Source: Bdellovibrio sp. (GTDB taxonomy: Bacteria > Bdellovibrionota > Bdellovibrionia > Bdellovibrionales > Bdellovibrionaceae). Taken from it: a DNA stretch of 64,000 bases. Location of the stretch: positions 96,001-160,000 of the forward strand of contig JAKFBS010000002.1 in the NCBI GenBank assembly GCA_036677065.1, read 5' to 3'. Each line of letters opens with the position of its first letter. Within the stretch, counting starts at the first letter, position 1. The translations under genes and the position numbers were made by a program. The notes under the pieces were generated by a model, which searched no databases, was not told the origin of the DNA, and worked only from the letters and a program-made list of their open reading frames with translations. Shown piece after piece: positions 8,933 through 18,940 of the stretch.

Positions 8933-10957
8933 ATGCTTAGGGCTCAAGTCATTAAGTTATGGAAAACGTTAATTGAATATGCTGAGAAGTCACCTTTGCA
9001 TTTTTTTTTCATATGTATTCTCATACAATATAGTCCAATTATTTTTTATAATAAAAAAATTGGCTGGGATACATTGGATGCATATTTTCCGAATTTTCTG
9101 TACATGGTCGATAGTTTTAAAGAATTTTCGATGCCATATTATAATTTATTTTCATTAGGCGGGATATCCTTCGCCGATAATTTTTTTTCAGGTCCATTGC
9201 TGAATCCTATCGACATTTTCTTGGCAATGGTGGCAACAAAATTACCACCATTATATATATTTCAGTTACAGTTTCCTATATTCGCTTTTATGAGTTCATG
9301 TTGGATATATAGATTTTTTCTGCGATTTAATCAAAACTCTATGTACTCTGTTTTAGGAGCACTTACCTTTCTGTACTGCACTCTGAATCCACTAGCTGGA
9401 CAGTCTTCATTTTTTTATGCATATGTGTTATTAGCATTTTTGCTAGATCCTTGCTACAGTCTGGTGAAAAGAAAAAATATTTTTCATTTCTTCTTCGCTT
9501 CTGTGCTTTTAGTTACTTTTTTGTTAAAAACATATTTCTTTTTTATTCCATTTATGTTGGTGCTGGCTACAGCAGCTCATTTCTATTTTTGCTATCTCCA
9601 AAAAAGTAAGTTTGAATTTAAGTTTGTTATTTGCTGTTTACTGGGGGGATTAGTCTATTTTGCACTTATGAAGTCGATAAATGCAGCTTACGTTCAAGCT
9701 ACTACGGATTTGTTAGGTGATTTTCTTTCTCCTGAGCCGCGTTTACGATCATTAATTCCTGAAAAAATTTATTACCCATCACGCTTAAGTATTTTGGCAG
9801 ATATGCTTGATAACCGTTTACTTCCTGGTGCGGCATGGAGTGTGATGACAATCAACTTGCTTATTTTGTTCTTAGCGCAGATTTGTTTGTTGCCTTTAAA
9901 CAAGGACAAAGTGAAGACTAAACTTCTAATCATGATTTTAATAACGTTAAGTCTACTTTCGGCTTACGGGCTATTCGGTGGGTTTTTCAGTAAAATTCCA
10001 TATATTAAATCTATGCGATGGGTTCATGCATATATTAACATAGCTGTACTATTGTATCTTGCGTTGATATTTATATTTCCTATTTCGCTGGATAAACTAA
10101 CTAGAGGCTTGAGATCAAAAATTAGTATTTTGTGGATAGTCGTTTATTTGGTCATGTTTGTGTATGCGGTAAAAAATCACAAGTATCATGAACTGCGCTG
10201 GAGTCTACTGTCGCTATTCGTATGTTATTTTTTTGTATACACAAAGAGGTTATTCGAGCCAGTTTTTTTGACTGTTCTTCTATTGTTTTCTTTTCGAATG
10301 GTCAAAAATTTTGAAAAAGGCGCGCCAGAGTATACGAAAATAGCTAATCGAAATTTACAAATTAAACTAGACCAAAACAATCGTCAGCCGGCAGAAGTCG
10401 GTGACTACAAATGGAATGATAGATCTTGGCTTTACGACAAGAAGGCTACGCTGAATGGCTATAATAATACAATACATCCGATATTTTGGTATTTAAAGGG
10501 AGAGGCTGAGGCATCTGAGATTGTAATTCCACTTTGCCCGAAAAAAAGTATTAAATTAAAGTCTCGTGATAAATACACAAAAAATGATAATGCGTATTTG
10601 GAGGAGCTTAAAGCCGATATTATTCAGTTGGTTCGCAAAAACAAGTGTTCTCGAAGTATTGAGAAATTTGAATTTACGCAAAATATGATGTCATTTACTG
10701 CGGCCAGTAAAGTCACATTAGTACTCCAAAATATTGACTCTTTTAGCCTCGCGAATCCTGATGGAGTTGTTGAGAAGAAAATGCCTGGCGGCATGAGTCT
10801 GCTATTTCATCAAAGCAATGCGGATTTAAAATTTAATTTTGATAAAGGCCGAATATTTAACTTTGCGATTTTTAATATGTTAGCGTTTCTTTTCATATTA
10901 TTGTATTTGATTGTTATAATACGTATGCAATTTTCAAAGATGCTGCCATTGAAATAG
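8933..10957 (+). CDS. Polytopic membrane protein, probable GT-C glycosyltransferase (YfhO-like)
   Basis: First TM followed by acidic loop (GWDTLDAYFP), about 12 hydrophobic segments, large C-terminal soluble loop and final TM; divergent from the GtrB-like gene. Confidence 0.55.
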   Translation: MLRAQVIKLWKTLIEYAEKSPLHFFFICILIQYSPIIFYNKKIGWDTLDAYFPNFLYMVDSFKEFSMPYYNLFSLGGISFADNFFSGPLLNPIDIFLAMVATKLPPLYIFQLQFPIFAFMSSCWIYRFFLRFNQNSMYSVLGALTFLYCTLNPLAGQSSFFYAYVLLAFLLDPCYSLVKRKNIFHFFFASVLLVTFLLKTYFFFIPFMLVLATAAHFYFCYLQKSKFEFKFVICCLLGGLVYFALMKSINAAYVQATTDLLGDFLSPEPRLRSLIPEKIYYPSRLSILADMLDNRLLPGAAWSVMTINLLILFLAQICLLPLNKDKVKTKLLIMILITLSLLSAYGLFGGFFSKIPYIKSMRWVHAYINIAVLLYLALIFIFPISLDKLTRGLRSKISILWIVVYLVMFVYAVKNHKYHELRWSLLSLFVCYFFVYTKRLFEPVFLTVLLLFSFRMVKNFEKGAPEYTKIANRNLQIKLDQNNRQPAEVGDYKWNDRSWLYDKKATLNGYNNTIHPIFWYLKGEAEASEIVIPLCPKKSIKLKSRDKYTKNDNAYLEELKADIIQLVRKNKCSRSIEKFEFTQNMMSFTAASKVTLVLQNIDSFSLANPDGVVEKKMPGGMSLLFHQSNADLKFNFDKGRIFNFAIFNMLAFLFILLYLIVIIRMQFSKMLPLK

Positions 10958-11275
10958 CGATTTTTAGCAATTGTGACAGTTATTGTATCAAACCTAGAAT
11001 TGATTCATATTCATCCTACGTTCTGCTAAAGTTACTGCAGTGTGCTGAGAAGGGTATTTAATTTAGCTTCACTTGCACCTTAGTTTTTAAATAATTGATC
11101 GCTTAAATTTTCAGTACGTTTAGATGAAAATTGACAAAAATGTTGAAGAAAAAGTCCTGACGAGTAGTATATAAAGCTAATATGAGGCCCCATATTAGCT
11201 AGAGTAGATAAACGACATGTTGATTTGTAAAATCAGCGCTTTATTGAGTATTAAAGTTCGCAAAGGAAAAAAGGC

Positions 11276-12073
11276 ATGAGTAATTTTGCACCTTCTAATT
11301 TACGTAAGACCGTGCTTGATATGGCCTATTATGGCGCGACGGTTCATGTCCCGTGCGCGTTTTCAATTATTGAAATGGTTTCAGTATTATACGGGAAAAC
11401 TCTAAATTTAGGGAAATCCTACGACGATCCAAGTCGTGACTTTATGGTTTTAAGTAAAGGCCACGGAGTCATGGCTTTGTATGCTTGTTTTAAAGAATTA
11501 GGCTGGTTGCAAGATAGTGATATTAAAAATTATTTTAAAGACGGCACCAAATTAAAAGGGTTATCTGATTGTCATGTACCAGGCCTAGAAGCCACATCAG
11601 GTTCGCTTGGCCATGGTTTATCAGTCGCCGTTGGTTTGGCGCTGGGATTAAAATTTAAAAAATCTTCGCAAAAAGTTTTTTGCATTGTTGGCGACGGCGA
11701 AAGCAATGAAGGTACCATTTGGGAAGCGTTGTTGTTTGCTAGTCATTGGCAATTAGATAATTTGGTGGTGATTTTTGACTGCAATGGCTACCAAGCTATG
11801 GGTCCTACAGATGAAGTTATGAACTTGCATTCGTTTGCCGCGAAAACTAAAGCTTTTAATTTTGAAACACTTGAAATTAATGGCCACAGCGAAAAAGAAC
11901 TTTCTGAAGCTTTTGAGACATTTGCAAAAAGCACATCAAAACAACCGAAGGCTTTAGTGGCTAACACGATTAAAGGTTACGGCGTTAGTTTTATGGAGAA
12001 AAACAATACCTGGCATTACACCAGACTTAGTAATGAGACCTATGCACAGGCATTGAAAGAGTTGGGGTATTAG
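11276..12073 (+). CDS. Transketolase N-terminal (ThDP-binding) subunit
   Basis: RDFMVLSKGH, TSGSLGHGL, GDGESNEG, TIKGYGVSFME..WHY. Confidence 0.9.
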   Translation: MSNFAPSNLRKTVLDMAYYGATVHVPCAFSIIEMVSVLYGKTLNLGKSYDDPSRDFMVLSKGHGVMALYACFKELGWLQDSDIKNYFKDGTKLKGLSDCHVPGLEATSGSLGHGLSVAVGLALGLKFKKSSQKVFCIVGDGESNEGTIWEALLFASHWQLDNLVVIFDCNGYQAMGPTDEVMNLHSFAAKTKAFNFETLEINGHSEKELSEAFETFAKSTSKQPKALVANTIKGYGVSFMEKNNTWHYTRLSNETYAQALKELGY

Positions 12074-12077
12074 CCGC

Positions 12078-12986
12078 ATGAGAGAAATGTTTTCACACTG
12101 TATCGTGAATCAAGTTAAGGCCGATGCTAAGACGTATTTACTAAGCGGCGATCATGGCTATGCGTTGTTTGATTCTTTACGTAAAGAAAAACCAGATCAT
12201 TTTATTAACGCAGGTGTGGCCGAACAGAATATGGTTGGCGTTGCTGCAGGCCTGGCTAAATTAGGATTTTATCCTATTATTTATGGGTTAAGTGCATTCG
12301 TTCCGGTGCGTGTCTTGGAGCAAATTAAAATTGATTTTTGTTATGAAGAGCTTTCAGGATTGTTTATTGGCGATGGCGCTGGTTTAGTTTACAGTCACTT
12401 AGGAACTTCACACCAATCTACAGAGGATATTTCAAGTTTACGTGCGGTACCGCATATTCAAATTTATTCTCCGTCAGATAAATTCGAACTTGAATACTGT
12501 TTTAATATGGCGATACAAACTAAAAAAACTATTTACTTGCGCATGGGTAAAGCTGATGTGGGTACGGTTCATCAAAAAACTCTGCAAACTGCAGATTTTT
12601 CTTGGAATATGGGGCCTCTTTCTGTGCTTAAAAATACTGAAGCAAAGACCGCTTATTTTGCTACTGGATCGATGGTTAAAACTGCGCAAATGTTAGCTGA
12701 AGCCAAAGGTTATAAAGTCGATATTTACAGTGTGCCGTTTATCAAACCTTTTGATAATACGAAGTACGCTGAACTTTTAGGGCGCTATGAGCACGTGGTC
12801 AGTTTTGAAGAGCATTCTATTTATGGTGGTCTTGGTGATTGTTTAGCAGCAGTAATTGCGAATTTACCAAAAACCTCACTTAAAAAAATTGGTATCGAAG
12901 ATAAGTTTTCTAATAAATGCGGAACTTATGATTATCTGATGGCCGAGCATGGTTTAGATTTAAAAACATTGATTGAGCGGTTGTAG
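12078..12986 (+). CDS. Transketolase C-terminal subunit
   Basis: GVAEQNMVGVAAGLA, SHQSTED, YLRMGK, EEHSIYGGLG. Confidence 0.9.
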   Translation: MREMFSHCIVNQVKADAKTYLLSGDHGYALFDSLRKEKPDHFINAGVAEQNMVGVAAGLAKLGFYPIIYGLSAFVPVRVLEQIKIDFCYEELSGLFIGDGAGLVYSHLGTSHQSTEDISSLRAVPHIQIYSPSDKFELEYCFNMAIQTKKTIYLRMGKADVGTVHQKTLQTADFSWNMGPLSVLKNTEAKTAYFATGSMVKTAQMLAEAKGYKVDIYSVPFIKPFDNTKYAELLGRYEHVVSFEEHSIYGGLGDCLAAVIANLPKTSLKKIGIEDKFSNKCGTYDYLMAEHGLDLKTLIERL

Positions 12987-12991
12987 CACAA

Positions 12992-13987
12992 ATGAAAAAA
13001 GCGTGTTTAGTCGTTCATCTTGTTTATCAAAAAAACGAAATTTTTAAACCAGACAGCCGCTTAAATCGCGATAACTGTTTGGCGTTTTTTCATGAGCTTA
13101 AAACTGCTTTTGCAGCAAAAGGTTATGATTTACAAACAGATGACATGATATCAACTGAATCAGCTGATGTAGTTATTTACAATGAAATGCCAAAATACAC
13201 TTCAACAGTAGATAAAAACAAATCAGCAGTGTTGTTGTTTGAAAGTGAGCTTATTCGCCCTGATAACTGGGATTTGAATAATCATAAAAAATTTAAATAT
13301 ATTTTTACCTGGAACGATGATTTTGTAGATCATAAAAAATATATTAAGTTTAATTTTACCGATTCTAGTCCGGTTAAGTTAAAAACTTTTAAAGAAAAGC
13401 AAAAACTTTGCGTTTTAGTTTCTGGTAATAAATATGTTAGTCATCCAAAAGAGCTTTACTCAAAACGTATCGAGGCTATTCGGTGGTTTGAAAGAAATCA
13501 TCCGAACGATTTAGATTTGTATGGGATGGGATGGGATTTATACACGTTTAAAATCCCGTTATTTTCGCGCGTACTTAATAAGCTGACAAGGCTGCGTAAA
13601 GCATTAGGTGCAAAGTGGGTATTGTATAAGGGCGCAGTGGATTCAAAAGCAGATCTTATGCAAAATTATAAATTTTCTATCTGCTATGAGAATGCGTCTG
13701 GCATTTCTGGTTATATAACTGAAAAAATATTTGATTCAATGGCTGCGGGTTGCATTCCGGTTTACTGGGGGGCGCCAAACATTAAACAGTATGTGCCTGA
13801 GTTGTGCTTCATCGATAAGACTCAATTTAAAACTTACGATGAATTGTATCAGTACTTGATGGATATGACAGAGACTGAGTATACCCAGCGACAGCAAGCT
13901 ATCTCGCAGTATCTCAAAAGTGAACAACATCGTTTGTTCGAACCAGCTTATAATGCGGCCGTGATTGCAGAAAATTTAGTAAACTAA
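12992..13987 (+). CDS. GT10-family (alpha-1,3-fucosyltransferase-like) glycosyltransferase
   Basis: YKFSICYEN..GYITEKIFD..AGCIPVYWGA motif. Confidence 0.82.
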   Translation: MKKACLVVHLVYQKNEIFKPDSRLNRDNCLAFFHELKTAFAAKGYDLQTDDMISTESADVVIYNEMPKYTSTVDKNKSAVLLFESELIRPDNWDLNNHKKFKYIFTWNDDFVDHKKYIKFNFTDSSPVKLKTFKEKQKLCVLVSGNKYVSHPKELYSKRIEAIRWFERNHPNDLDLYGMGWDLYTFKIPLFSRVLNKLTRLRKALGAKWVLYKGAVDSKADLMQNYKFSICYENASGISGYITEKIFDSMAAGCIPVYWGAPNIKQYVPELCFIDKTQFKTYDELYQYLMDMTETEYTQRQQAISQYLKSEQHRLFEPAYNAAVIAENLVN

Positions 13988-14778
13988 AAGCCGATAGCCA
14001 TTTTAATTTTTTTAGCTACTTTTTTGGCAAAGTAAAACGCCACATAGGCCGCAAGATGTGGGCTGGTTTTTAAGAAGAAAAGTGAAAGTTTAGCAATATG
14101 ATTTAAATCTACCACAGCCGAGTCGTTTTCGCCGTGTAGGCGAGTGTACATATATGGTTTAGCTAGCCAGAAAAAAGGTCCTTTTTTTACTAACTTAAGT
14201 AAAAACGAAACGTCTGAATGCCTGCCGCCATCTTTAGGATCAAGTTGTGAGTCGCCGATCGCAGATGTTTTGTAAATATAAGAAGGAAACGCTGTGTGAC
14301 TTAAGCGTTTAAAAACATAACGTTTAATCAAGTGGCTCTGCGAACGAATCACTAAGTTTTCTGTAATGTAAGGGCTAAGTAGTAAATCGGTTTTAACTGT
14401 TGTTTTGATAACAGTAGCATTGCAAGCAACAGCGATACAGCTTGGGTTAAGTTCAAACTGGTGCATCATCTGGGTTATAGCCTGTGGCATTAGAATATCA
14501 TCGTCATGAAAAAGCATGGCATAATCATAGCTTTGTACTTCTTTAAGAATGGTATTGAAATGCTGAAGCGAGGGCAGGCTTGGAGATCTTTTGATTATTT
14601 TTATGTTTTTGTAACTTGGCTGTGTTTCTAGTAAACGCATGACTTTATCATTTGTGCTATTTTCAGAGATGATGAGGTCAAAATCTTTGTAGTCTTGCAC
14701 CAAAATAGAATCAAGTGCTTCGCCGATGTATTCAGGTCGATTGTAGCTTAGTAAATAGATAACCAGTTTTTTTTGCAT
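13984..14778 (-). CDS. GT2 glycosyltransferase
   Basis: YNRPEYI..ALDSILVQDY, ENSTND, FHDDD. Confidence 0.82.
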   Translation of the reverse strand: MQKKLVIYLLSYNRPEYIGEALDSILVQDYKDFDLIISENSTNDKVMRLLETQPSYKNIKIIKRSPSLPSLQHFNTILKEVQSYDYAMLFHDDDILMPQAITQMMHQFELNPSCIAVACNATVIKTTVKTDLLLSPYITENLVIRSQSHLIKRYVFKRLSHTAFPSYIYKTSAIGDSQLDPKDGGRHSDVSFLLKLVKKGPFFWLAKPYMYTRLHGENDSAVVDLNHIAKLSLFFLKTSPHLAAYVAFYFAKKVAKKIKMAIGF

Positions 14779-14786
14779 GATTTTAA

Positions 14787-15728
14787 TTACATCTTACTTT
14801 TCATCAGTCTTACAAGGTCATTTAATGAATTCGGTGGATACTTTAAAATTTCTAAGTTTGTTTGTGAGGTGTAGCCACAGTTTGGCGCTATTAGATTCAA
14901 CTTATAGTGTGCAGCTTCATATAAGGGTAAATATAATGATTCATAAAGGCTAGTCGCCACAAAAGTCTCAGATTCAAGGAGCAGTGTCGCTAATTCTATA
15001 CGAGTGATTTTGTATTTTACTGTTAGCGTAATGTTTTTAAGATTAACCGGCGCAAACGTCCCATCGACAGCGGCATCTAAAATAATAACCACGTTGATAT
15101 GCTGCTTTAAATCTTGATCTAAGGCTTTCAAAGCATCGACAAATAACGATAGTCTTTTGTGATTCGAAAAGCTGCTAATCGTAATAAATTTATTTTTTTT
15201 CTCGCCTGCGCGTACTTCGGGAAATTTTGGCAAGATCAGATGAATCTTAGCCGGAATCTTCGGAAACACTTTTTCGCAGATTTGTTTCATCCAGGGTGTT
15301 TGCACCCAGATTTCATCCACATTTTTTGCAAATGTTCGTAAGATCCATTTTTCTATGGTTAGGCGTAAAGTCTGTTTTAACGAATCTTTCGGAAGCGGAA
15401 CTTCGCCAGTTAAATAGCAGTTTTGCAAATATAAAAAAGACTTCAAGCTTGTGCGTTTAAATGGGGGCAGATTGCCAAAGAACAGAACTGAAGAATTTTT
15501 TAGATTCAGCTTTTTGATTAAACTATGCAATTGCAGCTCGGCCATTAGTCTACACCAAATAGTTGGGCGAACCCTGGTGACCACGACCGATTCAGGAAGG
15601 CTAATTGGCAGAGGGTAGCGCTCATCAATAAATAGGGCTTCAAGGGGGGCGAAGTGCGATTCGGTCAGAATCGCATCAAGTAATACTTTGCCTCCGCCTG
15701 TATGCAGATTTATTGCGTATATAATCAT
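14787..15728 (-). CDS. GT4-like glycosyltransferase
   Basis: N-terminal AINLHTGGG, HKR, SLYESLYLPLYEA (ExxxxxxxE motif); ATG at 15728 avoids overlap with the divergent gene. Confidence 0.72.
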   Translation of the reverse strand: MIIYAINLHTGGGKVLLDAILTESHFAPLEALFIDERYPLPISLPESVVVTRVRPTIWCRLMAELQLHSLIKKLNLKNSSVLFFGNLPPFKRTSLKSFLYLQNCYLTGEVPLPKDSLKQTLRLTIEKWILRTFAKNVDEIWVQTPWMKQICEKVFPKIPAKIHLILPKFPEVRAGEKKNKFITISSFSNHKRLSLFVDALKALDQDLKQHINVVIILDAAVDGTFAPVNLKNITLTVKYKITRIELATLLLESETFVATSLYESLYLPLYEAAHYKLNLIAPNCGYTSQTNLEILKYPPNSLNDLVRLMKSKM

Positions 15729-15783
15729 TCTATGAAAATATATTAATAGTTTAAATAATGGAATATTTAATAAGGGCGAATTT

Positions 15784-16998
15784 TTGAAAGTTATCATTTT
15801 TGCAAACGTATTTTGGCCAGAACAGTTTCTGATTAATAATCTAGCAAAACAGCTTGAGGCTAAAGGGCATATTGTCACTGCCTATACGGGGCTTCCGCAT
15901 TACCCAGCGGGACGATTTTTTTCTGGGTATTCGTTGTTAAATGGACCGTATGTTCAGAAGACTGAGTTTGGCACAATCATCCGTTATCCGATGATTCCGC
16001 GTTTTAAACATTTTGTTTTTTTAGCTCTAAATTATCTTTCAAATTTGATTTCTGCGATCTTAAACCTTTGGCGCTTACCTAAGGCCGATGTTTATTTTGT
16101 TTTTGCCGTTTCTCCGATTTTTAAAGTGATACCGGCAATAGTTTTACGTTTTTTTACGAAAAGACCAGTCGTGGTTTGGTATCAAGATTTGTGGCCAGAT
16201 AGTTTTTTTGCTGTGACCAAAATTAGCCAGCGCGGAGTTTTAGCATGGGCGCTAAAGTTGATTACTATGTGGGTTTATAAAAGAGTCGATTGTATGCTGA
16301 TTCAAAGTGAAGCTTTTCGCTCTGAGTTATTAAAAGCTGGTTATGATAAACCTATATATTACGTACCTAACTGGGCTAGTGCATCAGTTAAGAGTGTCGG
16401 CGAACCTGAATGGCTGAAGCTTATTCCTCCGGGTAAAAAAACTTTAACTTTTGCAGGCAATATTGGCCATGCGCAGGGTTTGGATGTAGTGCTGAGGGCG
16501 ATGAGTCAGTTAAAACAAACTAACCTGCAATTAGTCATTGTCGGCGATGGCAGTGCTAAGGCTGAGCTTGAAAAAACAGCGCAGAGCTTAGGATTAACTA
16601 ATGTTTTATTTTTAGGACGCAGACCTTCGGAAGACATGTCAGTGTTATTTGCAAAGAGCGATTTCTTACTGGTTTCACTAAAAAAAGATTATTTGTTTTC
16701 ATTAGTAATCCCTTCAAAAGTGCAAGCCTATATGCAAGCTGGTAAACCCGTGGTCGCTTTTCTAGATGGTGAAGGTGCTCGCGTTGTCACTGAAGCTCAG
16801 TGTGGTGTAAGCGCAGTTGCGCAAGACCCTGATTCTTTAGTAAATGCTTTGAATGAGTTACTTAATGCCGATGCTGCGAAGTTAGAAGCTATGGGTTTAG
16901 CTGGACGAGTTTATTTTGAAAAGAATTTCACCGAAGCCAAAGTGATGTCTCAGATTGAAGAAATTTTACAAGATTTTAGCCAAAAGGAAGTAAAATGA
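15784..16998 (+). CDS. GT4 glycosyltransferase (WbuB-like L-FucNAc/L-QuiNAc transferase)
   Basis: FWPE, GLPHYP, QDLWPDS, FAGNIGHAQG, IPSKVQAYM; first gene of the fnl/qnl-type block. Confidence 0.85.
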   Translation: MKVIIFANVFWPEQFLINNLAKQLEAKGHIVTAYTGLPHYPAGRFFSGYSLLNGPYVQKTEFGTIIRYPMIPRFKHFVFLALNYLSNLISAILNLWRLPKADVYFVFAVSPIFKVIPAIVLRFFTKRPVVVWYQDLWPDSFFAVTKISQRGVLAWALKLITMWVYKRVDCMLIQSEAFRSELLKAGYDKPIYYVPNWASASVKSVGEPEWLKLIPPGKKTLTFAGNIGHAQGLDVVLRAMSQLKQTNLQLVIVGDGSAKAELEKTAQSLGLTNVLFLGRRPSEDMSVLFAKSDFLLVSLKKDYLFSLVIPSKVQAYMQAGKPVVAFLDGEGARVVTEAQCGVSAVAQDPDSLVNALNELLNADAAKLEAMGLAGRVYFEKNFTEAKVMSQIEEILQDFSQKEVK

Positions 16999-17864
16999 AA
17001 ATTTTAGTGTTCGGCGCCAATGGTATGATAGGGCATCAGATGTGGTACAAGCTGAATAAAGAATTTCCTGGTCAGGTGTACGGCACAGTCAGGCAGTCAG
17101 TACAACACTACGAACAATTTAAAATATTTGATTTAAAATATTTGATTCCCAATTTGGATGTAACCGATTTTGATAAAGTTTTACAGGTGCTTGATCGTGT
17201 AAAGCCTGATGTGGTGTTAAATTGTATAGGTATAACTTTACGAAAGCCTGAGGCCAAAAATTTAGAACTATGTGTAGAGGTTAACTCTCTATTTCCGCAG
17301 CGCTTAGATAAATGGGCTGCGCAGCATCAAAAACGTCTTATTCATTTTAGCACCGACTGTGTTTTTGCAGGTAGTGATGGAATGTACTCCGAAACTTCGA
17401 TTCCTGATGCTCAGGATATTTACGGAAAGACTAAATTTTTAGGCGAAGTTTCTGGAAGCCATTCCCTGACTTTACGCTGTCCGATTATTGGCCGTGAAAT
17501 TGATGGAAAAACCGAACTTGTTGAGTGGTTTTTGAAACAAAAGAATAACAAAATTAAAGGTTATGCCAAGGCAATTTACAGCGGAATCACAAGTGCAGAG
17601 ATGGCTCGCCAGATTATTTTAATTATTCGTAAGTTTTCGAATTTAACAGGTCTTTATCAGATCTCGTCTGAACCGATCAGTAAGTATGAGCTTTTACAGT
17701 TGTTAAATCAAATTTCTGGTCTTGGTGTTACCATTGATAAAGATGAAGCTTATAGTACTAATAAAAGCCTAGATTCTAAAAAATATCGACAAGTGACTGG
17801 TTATGTTCCACCATTATGGAGTGCGATGTTAACTGAAATGATGGAAGAGAAGTTTTATGACTAG
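16995..17864 (+). CDS. RmlD-like NDP-4-keto-6-deoxysugar reductase (QnlA/WbvR-like)
   Basis: GANGMIG, HFSTDCVF, YGKTKFLGE. Confidence 0.8.
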   Translation: MKILVFGANGMIGHQMWYKLNKEFPGQVYGTVRQSVQHYEQFKIFDLKYLIPNLDVTDFDKVLQVLDRVKPDVVLNCIGITLRKPEAKNLELCVEVNSLFPQRLDKWAAQHQKRLIHFSTDCVFAGSDGMYSETSIPDAQDIYGKTKFLGEVSGSHSLTLRCPIIGREIDGKTELVEWFLKQKNNKIKGYAKAIYSGITSAEMARQIILIIRKFSNLTGLYQISSEPISKYELLQLLNQISGLGVTIDKDEAYSTNKSLDSKKYRQVTGYVPPLWSAMLTEMMEEKFYD

Positions 17865-18936
17865 TAATACATTTTTTAATAATAAAACGATTTTAGTTAC
17901 TGGCGGCACTGGCTCAATGGGTAAAACTTTTGTGCGCCGAGTTTTGTCTGGTGAAATGGGCACTCCGAAAAAAATCATCGTGTTATCGCGTGACGAAGGC
18001 AAGCAGCATAATATGCGCTTAAGTTACCTGAATAAACAAAGCTCGACAGATGAGACAGTTTATAACAACTTTAAAAACTTATTAGAATTTCGTATTGGTG
18101 ATGTTCGTAATTTTTCTGATGTTGTGTCGGCGTTAAAAACCGCAGACATTGTTATCAATGCGGCAGCGTTAAAACAAGTTCCAAGTTGTGAGTACTTTCC
18201 TGAGCAAGCGATGATGACAAATTGTCTTGGTGCTTACAATATCGTGCGTGCTATTCGTGAACACGATATGCCGGTTCACACTGTAGTAGGTGTATCGACT
18301 GATAAAGCTTGTAAGCCAATCAATGCTATGGGCATGACAAAAGCTTTGCAAGAGCGCATTTTTATTGCGGCAAATATTTTAAAGCCTTCAACACGTTATT
18401 TATGCGTTCGTTACGGCAATGTTTTAGCAAGCCGTGGTTCTGTGATTCCGCTATTTCATGATCAAATTAAAAATGGCGCAGCCGTTACAATCACCGATGT
18501 GGGAATGACCAGATTTTTACTATCATTAAATCATGCTGTAGATACGGTTTTTAAAGCGTTGCTTGATGGTAAGGCGGGTGAAATTATTGTTCCGCGAGCA
18601 CCAGCGGCGTTAATGACTGATGTGGCTAAAGTTTTAATAGGTGATCGAAAAGTTGAAACTAAAATCACCGGGATTCGCCCTGGTGAAAAACTTCACGAGA
18701 TTATGGTTTCTGATGAAGAAGCCCCGTACGTTGAAGCGCGTGGTGATTATTTTGCAATTCGCCCGATGCTTCCTGAATTAAATCCAGAAGGAGCTAATGC
18801 AAGATCTCCTCTGAAAAAAGAATTTTCGTCGGGCGACACCTTACTGGACACAGCAGGAACTAAAGCGTTATTAATGAAGCATAAATTATTGGTCGAAGAT
18901 CAACCAGGATTTTCTGACGACGAGATGTTGAGGTAG
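17857..18936 (+). CDS. fnlA: UDP-GlcNAc 4,6-dehydratase/5-epimerase (FnlA/WbjB/CapE-like)
   Basis: TGGTGSMG, AALKQVPSCE, STDKA.PINAMG, RYGNVLASRGSV, GIRPGEKLHE. Confidence 0.82.
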   Translation: MTSNTFFNNKTILVTGGTGSMGKTFVRRVLSGEMGTPKKIIVLSRDEGKQHNMRLSYLNKQSSTDETVYNNFKNLLEFRIGDVRNFSDVVSALKTADIVINAAALKQVPSCEYFPEQAMMTNCLGAYNIVRAIREHDMPVHTVVGVSTDKACKPINAMGMTKALQERIFIAANILKPSTRYLCVRYGNVLASRGSVIPLFHDQIKNGAAVTITDVGMTRFLLSLNHAVDTVFKALLDGKAGEIIVPRAPAALMTDVAKVLIGDRKVETKITGIRPGEKLHEIMVSDEEAPYVEARGDYFAIRPMLPELNPEGANARSPLKKEFSSGDTLLDTAGTKALLMKHKLLVEDQPGFSDDEMLR

Positions 18937-18940
18937 TTTT

